Below, in pieces: positions 17,901-26,993 of a stretch of 64,000 nucleotides of DNA (positions within the stretch are counted from its first letter, which is position 1; each line of letters opens with the position of its first letter). The stretch comes from Vicinamibacterales bacterium. GTDB taxonomy: Bacteria > Acidobacteriota > Vicinamibacteria > Vicinamibacterales > UBA8438. A program made the translations under genes and the position numbers. The stretch covers positions 2,690,701-2,754,700 of the forward strand of contig CBDEVO010000003.1 in NCBI GenBank assembly GCA_965243615.1, given 5' to 3'. The notes under the pieces were generated by a model. That model was given only the letters and a program-made list of their open reading frames with translations, did not search any database and was not told the origin of the DNA.

Positions 17901-19659
17901 CCAGGATGCGGCGCTGAGCGCGGCGGAGTCCGACGGCTCGCGCCTCGGGCGTCTTCGCGCCGTGCGGTCGGACGAGGCCGCCGCCGCCCGCTACCGCGAG
18001 GTTCTCGGCGACAGTCCGGACCGGTTCGACACGGCGGACCTCGACAGGGCTCTCGCGGCGGGCGAGCGGGAGCGGGAGGAACGCGCGGCGGCGGCGCGCC
18101 GTGCGGCGGACCTCGAGACGGCCACGGAGAAGGCCCGGGCCGCGGCGGCGCGGTCGAAGGTCGACTTGCGCCCCGCCGCTGTCCGTGCGGTCTACGAAAC
18201 CGGCGAGACGCACGCGGCCGGTCTCGCGGCCGTGGAGCGCACGACCGAGGCCCTCGACGCTGCGGCCGACCAGGGTCTCCCGACCGGCACGGTCATGGAC
18301 GCCTGGACCGCGAACCGTTCGGCACCCGGCGGGATAGCGGCGGCCCTTGCCGCCGCCACCGCCGCCGCCCGCCTCGAGGAGGAGCGCGCCGAGGCGCGGC
18401 GCAAGCAGGCGGCCATCGAGAAGCGCAACTCTCGCGTGAAGCAGCTGTTGGCCGACCCCGCGTCGGCCGACGCACTCATTGAGGCCCTCGAAGCGGAGGA
18501 CCCGTCGTGGCGGTCAGGGACCCGCCCGGCCTGCATCGACCGGGCGCTCGACGTCGCCGAGCGGGACGCCGGCCGCCGGGAGGTCGCCACTCGGCGACAC
18601 CGGGAACACGAGGTGGTCCTGGAGGCGGAACAGCGCTTCCCCGACGCCACCAGCACGGCGTGCCAATTCGCGGGTGGCCGTTTCGACGGGACCACGGAGG
18701 TCGGCCGTGCGGGCCGGCGCGTCTCGCAGGATCTCTCGGACCGCGCCCTCGTGAGAGCGCACGCGGCCGAGAAGGCCGAGGCGCCGGCGCCTCGCAACTT
18801 CGTTCAGCGGCTCTACGACTGGCTGCGGGATCGGCTCGAGCGGCTGTTCGGCCGTTCGCCCGGCCCGCCCGCGGAGGCCGCCACCCTCGGGCCGGAGGCC
18901 TCCGCGGAGCGCTCGGCCGAAGCGGGCCGGCCTCGACCCGCCGCCTTCGAGGAGCGGTACTGCCGGGAGTGGCCCGAGCACGCGGCCGACATCGACTGTC
19001 CGGACTTCGAGAAGCTGGCCGCGGGCGCGTCAGGCGCCAACCGGCTCTTCGAGCGGGAGGAGCCCCGCTCGTCAAGATGGATCACGGTCGAACCGGGCGA
19101 GTTGCCGGCCGCTCTCGCCAAGCCCGCGCCGGCTTGGAGCGACAAGGCCGTCGAGGAGGTGACCCGGCGGGCTACAGTCTGGGACCCGGACCGGACCGAG
19201 GGCCGGCGGGTCGCCGAGGCGCACCTGGGCGGCTACGAGAGCCGGTTGCCGGCGGAGTACTCGCACTCGGCGGAATGGCAGGCGATCCTGAAGCGTGCGG
19301 AGGAGGCCGTCCGGAAGGCCCAGAACAGCTGGCGGTACAAGTGGGCCGACCGCCGAAAGGACGACCGGAAGAAGCGGGAGCTCGAGGCGACCGCTATCAA
19401 CCGCGCCTGCGGCCGCGATGCGCGCCGCCTGCACGGGAAGATGATGGCGGGGCGTGAGGCCGCGCGGCCCGGCTGGGAGGTCACGGTCAGGATCCGGGCC
19501 GTTCAGGAGCTCATCCGGGACGAAGAGGCGACCCGTTTCAGACAAGAGCGGGAGCAGGCGCGGGAACGGGAACAGGCGCAAGAGCGGGAGCGCCCCGCCG
19601 ACAGGCCGCCGCCCGAGCAGAAGCGGCCGAGAGGCCGGGGACATGTTCTAGATCGATGA
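14980..19659 (+). CDS. mobA: MobA/MobL-family (MOBQ) relaxase, 1559 aa, with repeat-rich Ala/Glu/Arg C-terminal region
   Basis: N-terminal relaxase motifs: AAAKYDYISREGKY (catalytic Tyr region) and LAVHAGDSKKAGVADNPHLHLVFSER (HxDx..NPHxH). No primase or helicase motifs recognised downstream. Confidence 0.9.
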   Translation: MYCHVNVSTGSRGTGQSAAAKYDYISREGKYEAACQDEVVHLESGCMPSFASSDARLYWAAADVHERSNGRLFRSLTAALPNSLDSADRLELARSFAAHVTGGELPYTLAVHAGDSKKAGVADNPHLHLVFSERVNDGVERGAEQWFRRAAPKKGDPASGGARKTERTKPRAWLEETRQAWAGEMNLAFERAGVDDRVTSESHATQLARARAAGDAAEEVRLLLNPPSLHIGPPAKHSWEDRPGRAQELKPDRYAAAEAAAASAEEVRSAHAPDVAEVAEARSRVAVLDARIAALEAEAATGERRAGLAAREESVRATSAGGQWLDEAHRSVLARAGGRLTPGERERAVETVEGRLRADLAAREESLMATSTGSTLLREEYGEAVALAAAAQSFAKRESVLERVAQRVGEELSAREEALRSIPLGRQHLSAAEQARAVGPAGPPLAERESVVRAAEQRVGEELDRREERVLAATGDDRLLAGAAEELTERGAVSGDGGFAERALIIDRAEDLLEAERAEFGLKEADLRKDAAGEEFLRDARGDVLGAADREPDTLADDRAVIDRAAAAKARVEALGIGGMDLYHAHLADIDPKWGVDGNAATTRANQDAALSAAESDVARLGRLRAVLSDEAAAARYREVLGDSPGRFDTAVLDKALAAGEREREERAATAWAGLAAREESVRATSAGGQWLDEAHQSVLADASGRLALGERERAVETVEGRLRVDLAAREASLMATSTGSTLLREEYGEGVAAAAAQSFAERESVLDRVAQRVDEELGAREEALRSIPPGRRHLSAAEQARAGGAAAAPPTPAERESMVRAAEQRVREDLDRREERVLAATGDDRLLAEAAEELAERGAVFGDGGIEEQALIIDRAEDLLEGERAGLELEEGKLLKAAAGEELLRNARRDVLGDDDRDAETLVDGWAVIDQASAAKARVEALGTGGLDLYHAHLADIDPKWGVDGNATTTRGNQDAALSAAESDGSRLGRLRAVRSDEAAAARYREVLGDSPDRFDTADLDRALAAGEREREERAAAARRAADLETATEKARAAAARSKVDLRPAAVRAVYETGETHAAGLAAVERTTEALDAAADQGLPTGTVMDAWTANRSAPGGIAAALAAATAAARLEEERAEARRKQAAIEKRNSRVKQLLADPASADALIEALEAEDPSWRSGTRPACIDRALDVAERDAGRREVATRRHREHEVVLEAEQRFPDATSTACQFAGGRFDGTTEVGRAGRRVSQDLSDRALVRAHAAEKAEAPAPRNFVQRLYDWLRDRLERLFGRSPGPPAEAATLGPEASAERSAEAGRPRPAAFEERYCREWPEHAADIDCPDFEKLAAGASGANRLFEREEPRSSRWITVEPGELPAALAKPAPAWSDKAVEEVTRRATVWDPDRTEGRRVAEAHLGGYESRLPAEYSHSAEWQAILKRAEEAVRKAQNSWRYKWADRRKDDRKKRELEATAINRACGRDARRLHGKMMAGREAARPGWEVTVRIRAVQELIRDEEATRFRQEREQAREREQAQERERPADRPPPEQKRPRGRGHVLDR
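15898..18093 (+). repeat. In-frame tandem duplication, 2 x ~1.1 kb (367 codons) inside the relaxase gene
   Basis: Unit 1 starts at 15898 and unit 2 at 16999 (period 1101 nt). Both begin GLAAREESVRATSAGGQWLDEAH and end ..AAGEREREERAA. The copies are diverged, with a few indels. Confidence 0.9.
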
Positions 19660-19841
19660 GCCCGCTTCGCGGAAGCAGCGCTCGCTAGGGCCCGGCAGGA
19701 GACGCCGTGCGCCACCAGCGCGAGGAGAGCGAGGACTGCCCGGTCGAGCTGAGGCCGTCGGAAGACCTTCAGTGACGAGTAAATCCTAACAGCCTGCCGG
19801 CAGGAGGGCCTTGGCGCGGTCGATATAGAGTCGAGCGGGGG

Positions 19842-19879
19842 TGACGACACGCTCTTCGTGCTCGACGGCGTGCCGTACC
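19842..19879 (+). repeat. 38-bp direct repeat, copy A
   Basis: TGACGACACGCTCTTCGTGCTCGACGGCGTGCCGTACC; 36/38 identical to 22188-22225. Confidence 0.8.
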
Positions 19880-20079
19880 TTCGCGCCGCTGGCCGCCGAC
19901 GGTCAGCGTCAACCTCGCCGTCGTAGCCGCCCCCGAGGCCGCGTGCGCCAGCGTCGCCTTGTCCTCCGCCGTGTCGTCGTCCTCGCTCGCCGTCACCCGT
20001 CCGGGCGTGCTCCCATTGCCCCTTACCAGCCCGGGCTTTTCGTCGGGTTTCTGGCCGGGCCACGTGATAGGCTGAAGGC

Positions 20080-20361
20080 ATGGAGGCTCTCACGCCGTGG
20101 TTGACGCCCGTCCTTCTGGTCGGGCTCTTCGTGTGGCTGCGGCGCGAACTGAACGGTCGCCTTGACAGATCAGAGAAGCGGCTCACCGACCGCATGGAGA
20201 AGATCGAGAAGCAGGTCGGCGAGCTGGCCAAGGACATGAACCAGCGGTTCGACCAGGTCAACCGCGAGCTGGCCGATCTGCGCGAGCGGATGGCGAAGCT
20301 CGAGGGCTCGCTCGAAGGGTTCCTCGCCGGCCGCCGCGACCGCGACGTCGCCCGACGATGA
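20080..20361 (+). CDS. Small membrane-anchored coiled-coil protein
   Basis: N-terminal TM WLTPVLLVGLFVWL, then heptad-like RLTDRMEKIEKQVGELAKDMNQRFDQVNRELADLRERMAKLEG. High GC3. Confidence 0.55.
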   Translation: MEALTPWLTPVLLVGLFVWLRRELNGRLDRSEKRLTDRMEKIEKQVGELAKDMNQRFDQVNRELADLRERMAKLEGSLEGFLAGRRDRDVARR

Positions 20362-20372
20362 GGATACAAACC

Positions 20373-21296
20373 ATGGAGAGCAACCCGACTCAGAGGACCG
20401 TGTTCATCACGGGTACGAACTCGGGCTTCGGCAAGGCCACCGTCGAACTGTTTGCGGCGAACGGTTGGAGGGTCGCCGCGACGGTGCGGAACAAGGATCG
20501 GCACGCGGACCTGTTCACGGAACTCGCGGGCGTCAAGCTGTACGAACTGGATGTGGACGACTTCACCCGGGTAGAGCAGGTCGCAGGCGAGGTCGTCAAC
20601 GACTTTGGTCGCGTCGACGTGGTGGTCAACAACGCCGGCTACTGCCTGATGGGGCCGACAGAGACCAGCACCATGGAACAGATCCGGAAGCAGTTCCAGA
20701 CCAACACTTTAGGCGTATTCGCCGTGACCAAGGCGTTCCTGCCCCACATGCGCGAGGCGGGCGGCGGGACCATCATCAACATCGCATCCGCGAGCGCTGT
20801 GTTCAACTACCCCTTCATCGCCGCCTACGGCGCAAGCAAGTGGGCGGTCCGCGGTCTGACCGAGAGCCTGGCCGTCGAGCTCGCCCCGTTCAACATCCGC
20901 GTCAAGGGGATCTACCCGGGATTCCACGCGACCGGGATCTTCACCAAGCTCGATCAGGGGACCGCGGATGAAGGCCCCGAGTACCGACTCTACAAGCCTT
21001 ACTACGCCAATTTCCTCTCGGCACAGAAGGCCCTGCCCAGTGCGGGAAGCCCGGACAGAATCGCCCGGACGATTTATCGCGCGGCGACGAACCCGGCCGG
21101 AAGGCCGCACATCGTGTCCGGGGCGGACGCTAAGCTGCTGGCGTTCATCAAGCGCGTGCTGCCACAGCGGGCGTTCCTGCGCTTCCAGACGCGCTCGATT
21201 CTGTCGCCTATCTCGAAAACGCAGGCGGCATTCATGAGGTTCACCTTCGGCAAGAACCAGCAACCGTTGCGCATGGACCTGCCCGAAGACTTGTGA
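20373..21296 (+). CDS. Short-chain dehydrogenase/reductase (SDR) family oxidoreductase
   Basis: TGTNSGFGKA (TGxxxGxG), NNAG, and S..YGASKWAV (YxxxK). Confidence 0.9.
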   Translation: MESNPTQRTVFITGTNSGFGKATVELFAANGWRVAATVRNKDRHADLFTELAGVKLYELDVDDFTRVEQVAGEVVNDFGRVDVVVNNAGYCLMGPTETSTMEQIRKQFQTNTLGVFAVTKAFLPHMREAGGGTIINIASASAVFNYPFIAAYGASKWAVRGLTESLAVELAPFNIRVKGIYPGFHATGIFTKLDQGTADEGPEYRLYKPYYANFLSAQKALPSAGSPDRIARTIYRAATNPAGRPHIVSGADAKLLAFIKRVLPQRAFLRFQTRSILSPISKTQAAFMRFTFGKNQQPLRMDLPEDL

Positions 21297-21575
21297 TTAA
21301 CCGCGCCCGGGGCTCCGGGGACGGGGTGGGTCGCGCGGGCGAGCGGCTGCACGCCCGTCCCCGGGTCGTCTGCGGAAGGGGGCGAGATCCTACGTCAAGC
21401 GGGGGTGCTACATCAGCGAGCAGTACGGTTGGCTATTCGAGCCTGCGCGCCTCGAGTACGACGGCGGGCGGCTCGTCATCCTCAAGACCACCGCCGACGG
21501 TACGGCCGAGAGCTGGACGGAGGTAGGGGGACCCGGCGCTGATCGCTCCGGACGATCATCGACAGAGGAGGCGAC

Positions 21576-22190
21576 ATGAGCGAAGCAGTCACCGTGACTC
21601 TGGGACGCGACCCGGCCCAGCGACGGCGGGCGACCTACCAGGATGTGCTCGATGCCCCCGCCCATCGGGTCGCCGAGGTCGTTGACGGCGTGCTCCACAC
21701 GAATCCGCGGCCGGCCATGCCGCATTCTTTGGCGAGTTCCCGACTGGGCGGCGAACTCACGGGACCATTCGATCGGGGTCGCGGCGGCCCCGGCGGATGG
21801 TGGATCATCTTCGAGCCCGAGCTGCACTTGGGCGAGGATATCCTCGTGCCCGACCTCGCCGGTTGGCGGCGGGAGCGGATGCCTGTCTTTCCCGATGCGC
21901 CGTACGCCACGCTGGGCCCCGACTGGGTGTGCGAAGTGCTCTCGCCGTCGACCCGCAAGCTGGACCTCCACGGCAAGCGCGACGTCTATGGGCGTGAACA
22001 GGTGGGTCATCTCTGGCTCGTCGACCCCGCCGACCGCACCCTGGAGGCCTTCGAACTGCGCGAGGGCGAATGGGTGCTGATCGCCACCGCGCAGGATGAC
22101 GCCCCCGTCAGCATCCGCCCCTTCGACGCCGTCACCTTCAGCCTCGGCGATCTCTGGCCGCCGAATGTCGCCCCGGCCGAGGGGGGCTGA
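21576..22190 (+). CDS. Uma2-family (DUF820) putative endonuclease
   Basis: GAGGAGG Shine-Dalgarno. VPDLAGWRRERMP, PDWVCEVLSPSTRKLDLHGKRDVYGREQVGHLWLVDP. Confidence 0.85.
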   Translation: MSEAVTVTLGRDPAQRRRATYQDVLDAPAHRVAEVVDGVLHTNPRPAMPHSLASSRLGGELTGPFDRGRGGPGGWWIIFEPELHLGEDILVPDLAGWRRERMPVFPDAPYATLGPDWVCEVLSPSTRKLDLHGKRDVYGREQVGHLWLVDPADRTLEAFELREGEWVLIATAQDDAPVSIRPFDAVTFSLGDLWPPNVAPAEGG

Positions 22191-22225
22191 CGACACGATC
22201 TTCGTGCTCGACGGCGTGCTGTACC
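22188..22225 (+). repeat. 38-bp direct repeat, copy B (overlaps the Uma2 stop codon)
   Basis: TGACGACACGATCTTCGTGCTCGACGGCGTGCTGTACC. Confidence 0.8.
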
Positions 22226-22241
22226 ATAGAAACGAGGACGG

Positions 22242-22769
22242 TCAGTTCGGAAAACCCCGCGTCAGAAGTCCATCGAGCGCCAGCTTGAACCACGCAGTGT
22301 ATCCCGTCGGACGCTCCGCGAACTCCCTTTGAATCGTGGGCACGGTCGCCCACTTCCATTCCTCCACTTCTTGGTCGTCCGGTGCCGGAACACCACAGAA
22401 CCGCCCAATCAGCACGTGATCGAACTCATGCTCCACGAGTCCGCCGTCCGTTGCTGCCCGGTACACGAAGCCGAACACGACCCGCAGCGGGCAGTTGAAC
22501 CCCATTTCCTCCTTCAACCGGCGCTCAGCAGCCCCAATCAGGGACTCTCCCGCCCTCGGATGGCCGCAACAGGTGTTGGACCAGAGACCGCCCGAGTGGT
22601 ACTTGCCGGCCGCGCGCTTCTGCAACAGCAGGCGGTCGGTTTCGTCGAAGACGAAGATCGAGAACGCCCGGTGCAGGATTCCGTTCCGGTGAGCCGCCAT
22701 CTTCTCCACGACTCCCGTTTGCCGGTCGTCGCCGTCGACGGCAATCAGGAGCGTATCGGAATCCTGCAT
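22242..22769 (-). CDS. idi: Isopentenyl-diphosphate delta-isomerase, type 1 (Nudix)
   Basis: HRAFSIFVFDETDRLLLQKRAAGKYHSGGLWSNTCCGHP..AAERRLKEEMG..LVEHEFDHV. The catalytic Cys and Glu contexts are present. Confidence 0.9.
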   Translation of the reverse strand: MQDSDTLLIAVDGDDRQTGVVEKMAAHRNGILHRAFSIFVFDETDRLLLQKRAAGKYHSGGLWSNTCCGHPRAGESLIGAAERRLKEEMGFNCPLRVVFGFVYRAATDGGLVEHEFDHVLIGRFCGVPAPDDQEVEEWKWATVPTIQREFAERPTGYTAWFKLALDGLLTRGFPN

Positions 22770-22848
22770 GGGTGTTCACCTCTTAACCGCGGCATCGACG
22801 GAATCGTCGACTGGATGTTTGCCGCCGGGAAGTCGTCGGCCCGCCGGG

Positions 22849-24117
22849 TCACCATTCTCGCGAATCTTCCTCGAACACCGAGGTCGGCAGGCTGTAGGAA
22901 TGCTCGTACTCGCCGAGATTCGAGACTTCGAGCATGCTCCTGAACCGCGACCTCGACCGATACGCGGCCAGCGGCGGCGCGAGCCTCCGCAGCATCCTGT
23001 CGCCGAAATTGCGCAGCCGCAGCAGCGGAAGCTCCTTCTTCAGTCTTCCGGCGGGGAACCTCAGCTCGTCGGCCAGCCCGTCCCCGATCATTTCCCGCGA
23101 CACCTGGTACATGTACTTCGCCATGGCGCGCCGCGCCTTGGGTTCGGTGAACCCCAGAACGATCGGCGCGCTGTTGACGATGCTGTTCGCCATGATGATC
23201 GCGTCCTCGTCGGGCCGCGGCTCGCACAGCGCTCCAATCTCGAACCACCTGACCGACGAGGCGTAGTCCCGGAACAGGATCTCGTCGGGTATCCCCATGA
23301 GGCGGCCGGTGTACCGCCAGACGTGCACGTACCCCTCGCGTTCCCGGTCGCTGAAATCTCCGCCGAGGTTCGATACATGCTGCAGCAGCCTCCCCGAGAA
23401 GGCGGCGGCGCCGAGCAGCATGTGCGCCGCGCTGAGGGGGACCCCGTATACCGACCGGTCCCATTCGTCGGAAGTCGAGACCAGCCGCCTCGCCTGCGCG
23501 TGCACGAGCCGGATCCTGAGGCTCAGCTTCCACCCGTCGCCGCCCGGCTCGATGCCTCCGGGCAGGTACTGTTCCAGGAGCTGCAGCAGGTTCTGCTTGA
23601 GCCGCCGCACGCCGTTCGTCATGATGCGGCTGCGAATGCGGAACGACTTGCTGATGAGCGTGGAGAAGCCCTCGATGATGGCGCCGCCCACCAGGGCGCC
23701 CATCACCATCTCGGAGTTGCGAAGGAAGGCCCGGGTCGCGTCGCGGGCGAGATCGCGGTCGAACCAGTCGGGCACGACGCCCGAGTCAGCAATCAGGTCA
23801 CGCAGCGACTTGGGCGTGTCGGCCGGCAGATCGCTGAAGCTGTCGAGCGTCCTCGCGATGATTCCGTGCACGTCCGCCGGCGACGCGTTCGCCGCCAGCT
23901 CGGCGACCACCGCGTCGGCCACCGGGTCCCCCAGGGTCGTGTGGCGGATGTACCTCTCGGCCAGCACGGGGTCGACCTTGCGGGCGGTTTCGTAACCGGC
24001 GACGTAGGCGGTCGGGATGTTCATCATGCCGGAGAAACGCTCGGTGAGGGGGGGTGCGCAACGAGGAGCGGAACCGCCTGCGTCGGGTGAACGCGGCGGC
24101 GCGGTCATCGCCGTCAC
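22849..24117 (-). CDS. MpaB/Lcp-family oxygenase (DUF2236)
   Basis: ..WKLSLRIRLVHAQARRLV..GVPLSAAHMLLGAAAF..YVHVWRYTGRLMGIPDE. A GTG start at 24117 overlaps the upstream P450 stop (GTGA). Alternative ATG starts at 24108 and 24027. Confidence 0.7.
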   Translation of the reverse strand: MTAMTAPPRSPDAGGSAPRCAPPLTERFSGMMNIPTAYVAGYETARKVDPVLAERYIRHTTLGDPVADAVVAELAANASPADVHGIIARTLDSFSDLPADTPKSLRDLIADSGVVPDWFDRDLARDATRAFLRNSEMVMGALVGGAIIEGFSTLISKSFRIRSRIMTNGVRRLKQNLLQLLEQYLPGGIEPGGDGWKLSLRIRLVHAQARRLVSTSDEWDRSVYGVPLSAAHMLLGAAAFSGRLLQHVSNLGGDFSDREREGYVHVWRYTGRLMGIPDEILFRDYASSVRWFEIGALCEPRPDEDAIIMANSIVNSAPIVLGFTEPKARRAMAKYMYQVSREMIGDGLADELRFPAGRLKKELPLLRLRNFGDRMLRRLAPPLAAYRSRSRFRSMLEVSNLGEYEHSYSLPTSVFEEDSREW

Positions 24118-25514
24118 CTCGCGCGCTCCCGGATGGTCACTCGAAAGCCGAGGACGCCTACCCCGATGTTCTCGCGTTTCGGCGGGCGGCTCGACGCCGG
24201 CTCGATCCGCAGGCGCTGGGTCATGGTCGCCAGCGCCAGGACGAACAGCATCGCCGCCAGATCCGCGCCGGCGCAGGTGTGCGGGCCGCTCCCGAAAGGG
24301 ATGTACGCCTGTTCGTGTCGGACCGGTCCGTCACGCCGCGAGTCCTCCAGCCAGCGTTCCGGCCTGAACTCGCCGGCCCGCGTCCAACCGTCGGCGCGGT
24401 GGTGGAGCACACGCATGCCGACGTACACCAGCGTTCCCTTCGGAACCGGATAGCCGCCCAGCACGCAGTCTTCCTCCGCCCGCCTGGCCCGCATGACATA
24501 GGGCGGCGGCTCCAGACGCAACGTCTCCTTGAACACCGCCTGCACGTACTCGAGCCTCTGCAAGTCGCCCGGCTCCACCGGCCGGTCCCCCAGCACGTCC
24601 GAGACCTCTCTCTCCACCCGATCCCGGATGGCCGGATCGCGTGCGACGTGGTGCAGCGCGAAGCACAACGCGGCCGTCGGCGCATCCGTGAACGCGCACA
24701 GGAAGGCGATGATCTCGTCGCGCAGCGCCCGGGGGCTCGGGTACGACCACCCGCACAGACCCCGGCGCGCGGCCCGGACGAGGTGTGAAACCAGATCGCG
24801 GCCCTCGTGGGCGGGGTCGCCGGCGCGTTCGATGGCGCCGTATATCGCCGCGTCCAGCGCCGCGGTATCGGGCGCCCGCCCCATCTTCTTGATGGACTGG
24901 CCGAACGGCAGGAGATCCAGAAGCATCGCGGCTTTCAACAGCCTGCAGATCCGCAACCCCTGATCGCGGTCCGCGTCGCGGCCGAGGACGGCCTCCGCCA
25001 GGGCGTCCCACACGTAGCGCTCCACCTCCGGCCGCAGATCCAGCGCCCGCCCCGGCGCCAGCCTCTCTCGGAGCCTCAGGGCGTGCCGGCCGATGACCTC
25101 CGCGTAGCCGGGAAGGCGGTCCTTCGTGAACGCCGTGGCCATGAGCTCGGCGCGCCGGCGGTGCTCCTCGCCGTCGTGCACGGGCAGGCAGCCGTGCTCC
25201 ATCAGCGGGTTCGGCTCCCGGCCGCCGGGCGCCCAGGGCGGAAAGGACTCCGCCCGCGTGACGAGGACCTCCCGGACGAGGTCGGCGTTGAAGACCGCGC
25301 AACACCTCAGGGAAGGAAGACTGAAGAACACGATGTCTCCATGGTCCCGGTAGAGCCGCTCCATGAACTCCGGAAAGCCGGTGAGCCGCTCGACGTAGTT
25401 GCGCAGCCGCCGGCCCCGCGGTCCCGGGGGACGGGCCGGCTTGTCGTCGGCGGAACGCTGCCCGGCCATGTCCTCCGAGCTGGGAGCCGGCTCTTCTTTG
25501 GCGGAACGCTGCAT
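24114..25514 (-). CDS. Cytochrome P450 (paralog A)
   Basis: Heme loop FGSGPHTCAGADLA, ExxR region ETLRLEPP, N-terminal PPGPRGRR. Confidence 0.9.
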   Translation of the reverse strand: MQRSAKEEPAPSSEDMAGQRSADDKPARPPGPRGRRLRNYVERLTGFPEFMERLYRDHGDIVFFSLPSLRCCAVFNADLVREVLVTRAESFPPWAPGGREPNPLMEHGCLPVHDGEEHRRRAELMATAFTKDRLPGYAEVIGRHALRLRERLAPGRALDLRPEVERYVWDALAEAVLGRDADRDQGLRICRLLKAAMLLDLLPFGQSIKKMGRAPDTAALDAAIYGAIERAGDPAHEGRDLVSHLVRAARRGLCGWSYPSPRALRDEIIAFLCAFTDAPTAALCFALHHVARDPAIRDRVEREVSDVLGDRPVEPGDLQRLEYVQAVFKETLRLEPPPYVMRARRAEEDCVLGGYPVPKGTLVYVGMRVLHHRADGWTRAGEFRPERWLEDSRRDGPVRHEQAYIPFGSGPHTCAGADLAAMLFVLALATMTQRLRIEPASSRPPKRENIGVGVLGFRVTIRERAR

Positions 25515-25533
25515 CGCGATGTCCTTCTTCGAA

Positions 25534-26907
25534 TCAGCTGCCGGGCTCCCGTCGCTCGACGCGCGCCCGTATCGGCCCCTTCACCCCCAGCCCGAGCAGC
25601 TCGGCCCGGAACGGCGTGGGTGATTCGAGGGTCAGACGCATGCCCTGCGCGCAGCCCGCGAGGGTCAGCACGACGAGCACGGTGGCGAACTCCCAGCCGA
25701 GGCAGCTGTGGGGCCCGATGAAGAACGGCGTGCAGGCATGGTCGGGACGGGAACCCCCCGAGCCGTCCATCCAGCGCTCCGGGCGGAACTCCGCCGGCCG
25801 CTCCCAGACCGCGGGGTCCCGGTGCGATTCGCCGAGGCACGGTTGCGCAATCGTGCCCCTGGGAATCCGGTAGCCGCCGACGACGCAGTCCTCCGACGCC
25901 TGCCGCCAGTGCGACGTGCCGGCGTAGGAAGGTGGTCTCAGCCGGAAGCTCTCGCTGGCGACGGCCCGTGCGTACGGAAGGCGGTCGAAGTCGGCCCCGG
26001 CGACCGGGCGGTCACCGAGCACGTCGTCGACCTCCCGCTCCAGCCGCTCGCGAACTTGGGGATTCCGATCGAGCAGCTCGAGGCTCCACACCAGCCCCAT
26101 CATCGGCGAGTCGATGGAGCCGAGCACGATCATGTAGATCTCGTCCCGCAGCTCCCGGTCGCCGGCGGCGAACGGGCAACCGTCCTGCGCGTCGGCGGTG
26201 CGGACGACGTGGGAGACCATGTCCTCGCCGCCGTGCGAAGGGTCGCGGGCCTTCCGCATGGCGGCGTACACGGCGTCGTCCATGCGCTCGATGGCGCGCC
26301 GGGCGCGCCGGTTCGCGGGCAGGGGCAGGCGCTTCAGCGCGCCGGACGCCGGGAGGTAGCTCAGCGCCCAGTCGCGCTTTATCGCCGCGCCGGCATCCCA
26401 CGCCACTTCCGGCGGAACCCGCGGCTCGCGGCCGAGGAGGGCGTCGAGCAGAGCGCCGCACGCGAGGCGGCCGGTCTCGGCCTTGTAGTCGATGGTCTGC
26501 CCCGCCCCCCAGCGCTCCTTCATCTCGTGGATGTTGTCGGCGATGAGGTCGGCGTAGCGGCGCATGCGGCGCTCGACGAACGCGCCCCCGAACACCTCGC
26601 GCACGCGTTGGTGGTGCTCGCCGTGGTCGCGCGGCATGCAGGGCGTCGCGATGACCCCGAAGCCCGCGGGATCGTTGAACGCCGGGAACATGTCGGCCTT
26701 CTCGACGAGGACCTCGCGGATCAGGTCCGCGTCGAACAGGGCGCAGAAGTCCAGGCCCGGAATCCGGTAGTGGACGATCCTTCCGTATTCCTCGTGAAGC
26801 CGCCTCATCATGCCGCGAAAATCGCGCGAGCGCTCGATCAGGTTGCGTATCCGCCGTCCCTTCGGACCGGGAGGCAGTCGCCGATTGCCGTTGTCGGAGC
26901 CCTGCAT
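25534..26907 (-). CDS. Cytochrome P450 (paralog B)
   Basis: Heme loop FFIGPHSCLGWEFA, ESFRLRPP, N-terminal PPGPKGRR. Start at MQGSDNG. The ORF-track entry 25534-29115 is an artefactual 5' extension. Confidence 0.9.
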   Translation of the reverse strand: MQGSDNGNRRLPPGPKGRRIRNLIERSRDFRGMMRRLHEEYGRIVHYRIPGLDFCALFDADLIREVLVEKADMFPAFNDPAGFGVIATPCMPRDHGEHHQRVREVFGGAFVERRMRRYADLIADNIHEMKERWGAGQTIDYKAETGRLACGALLDALLGREPRVPPEVAWDAGAAIKRDWALSYLPASGALKRLPLPANRRARRAIERMDDAVYAAMRKARDPSHGGEDMVSHVVRTADAQDGCPFAAGDRELRDEIYMIVLGSIDSPMMGLVWSLELLDRNPQVRERLEREVDDVLGDRPVAGADFDRLPYARAVASESFRLRPPSYAGTSHWRQASEDCVVGGYRIPRGTIAQPCLGESHRDPAVWERPAEFRPERWMDGSGGSRPDHACTPFFIGPHSCLGWEFATVLVVLTLAGCAQGMRLTLESPTPFRAELLGLGVKGPIRARVERREPGS

Positions 26908-26993
26908 CGATCGCCGTTCCTTTCCTGTTTCCCTTCCCGCACTCCGCGCCCGCCGCCCGCGTCGCAACGCGCCGCGCCCGTCCGCGCGCCGTG

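Noticed and set aside
14797-18482. Very long ORFs overlapping the relaxase in other frames and on the other strand (1138 aa minus, 1179 aa plus, 554 aa and 332 aa minus)
   Set aside because: Their translations are Arg/Pro/Gly/Ala low-complexity. They mirror the GCG/GAG/CGC codon bias and the tandem repeat of the real relaxase frame. Only the 14980-19659 frame carries recognisable motifs.
21380-21575. Short GC3-rich open stretch (..CYISEQYGWLFEPARLEYDGGRLVILKTTADGTAESWTEV) between the SDR and Uma2 genes
   Set aside because: It looks coding-like but has no start codon, is under 70 aa and has no recognisable family. It is possibly a gene remnant and was not reported as a feature.
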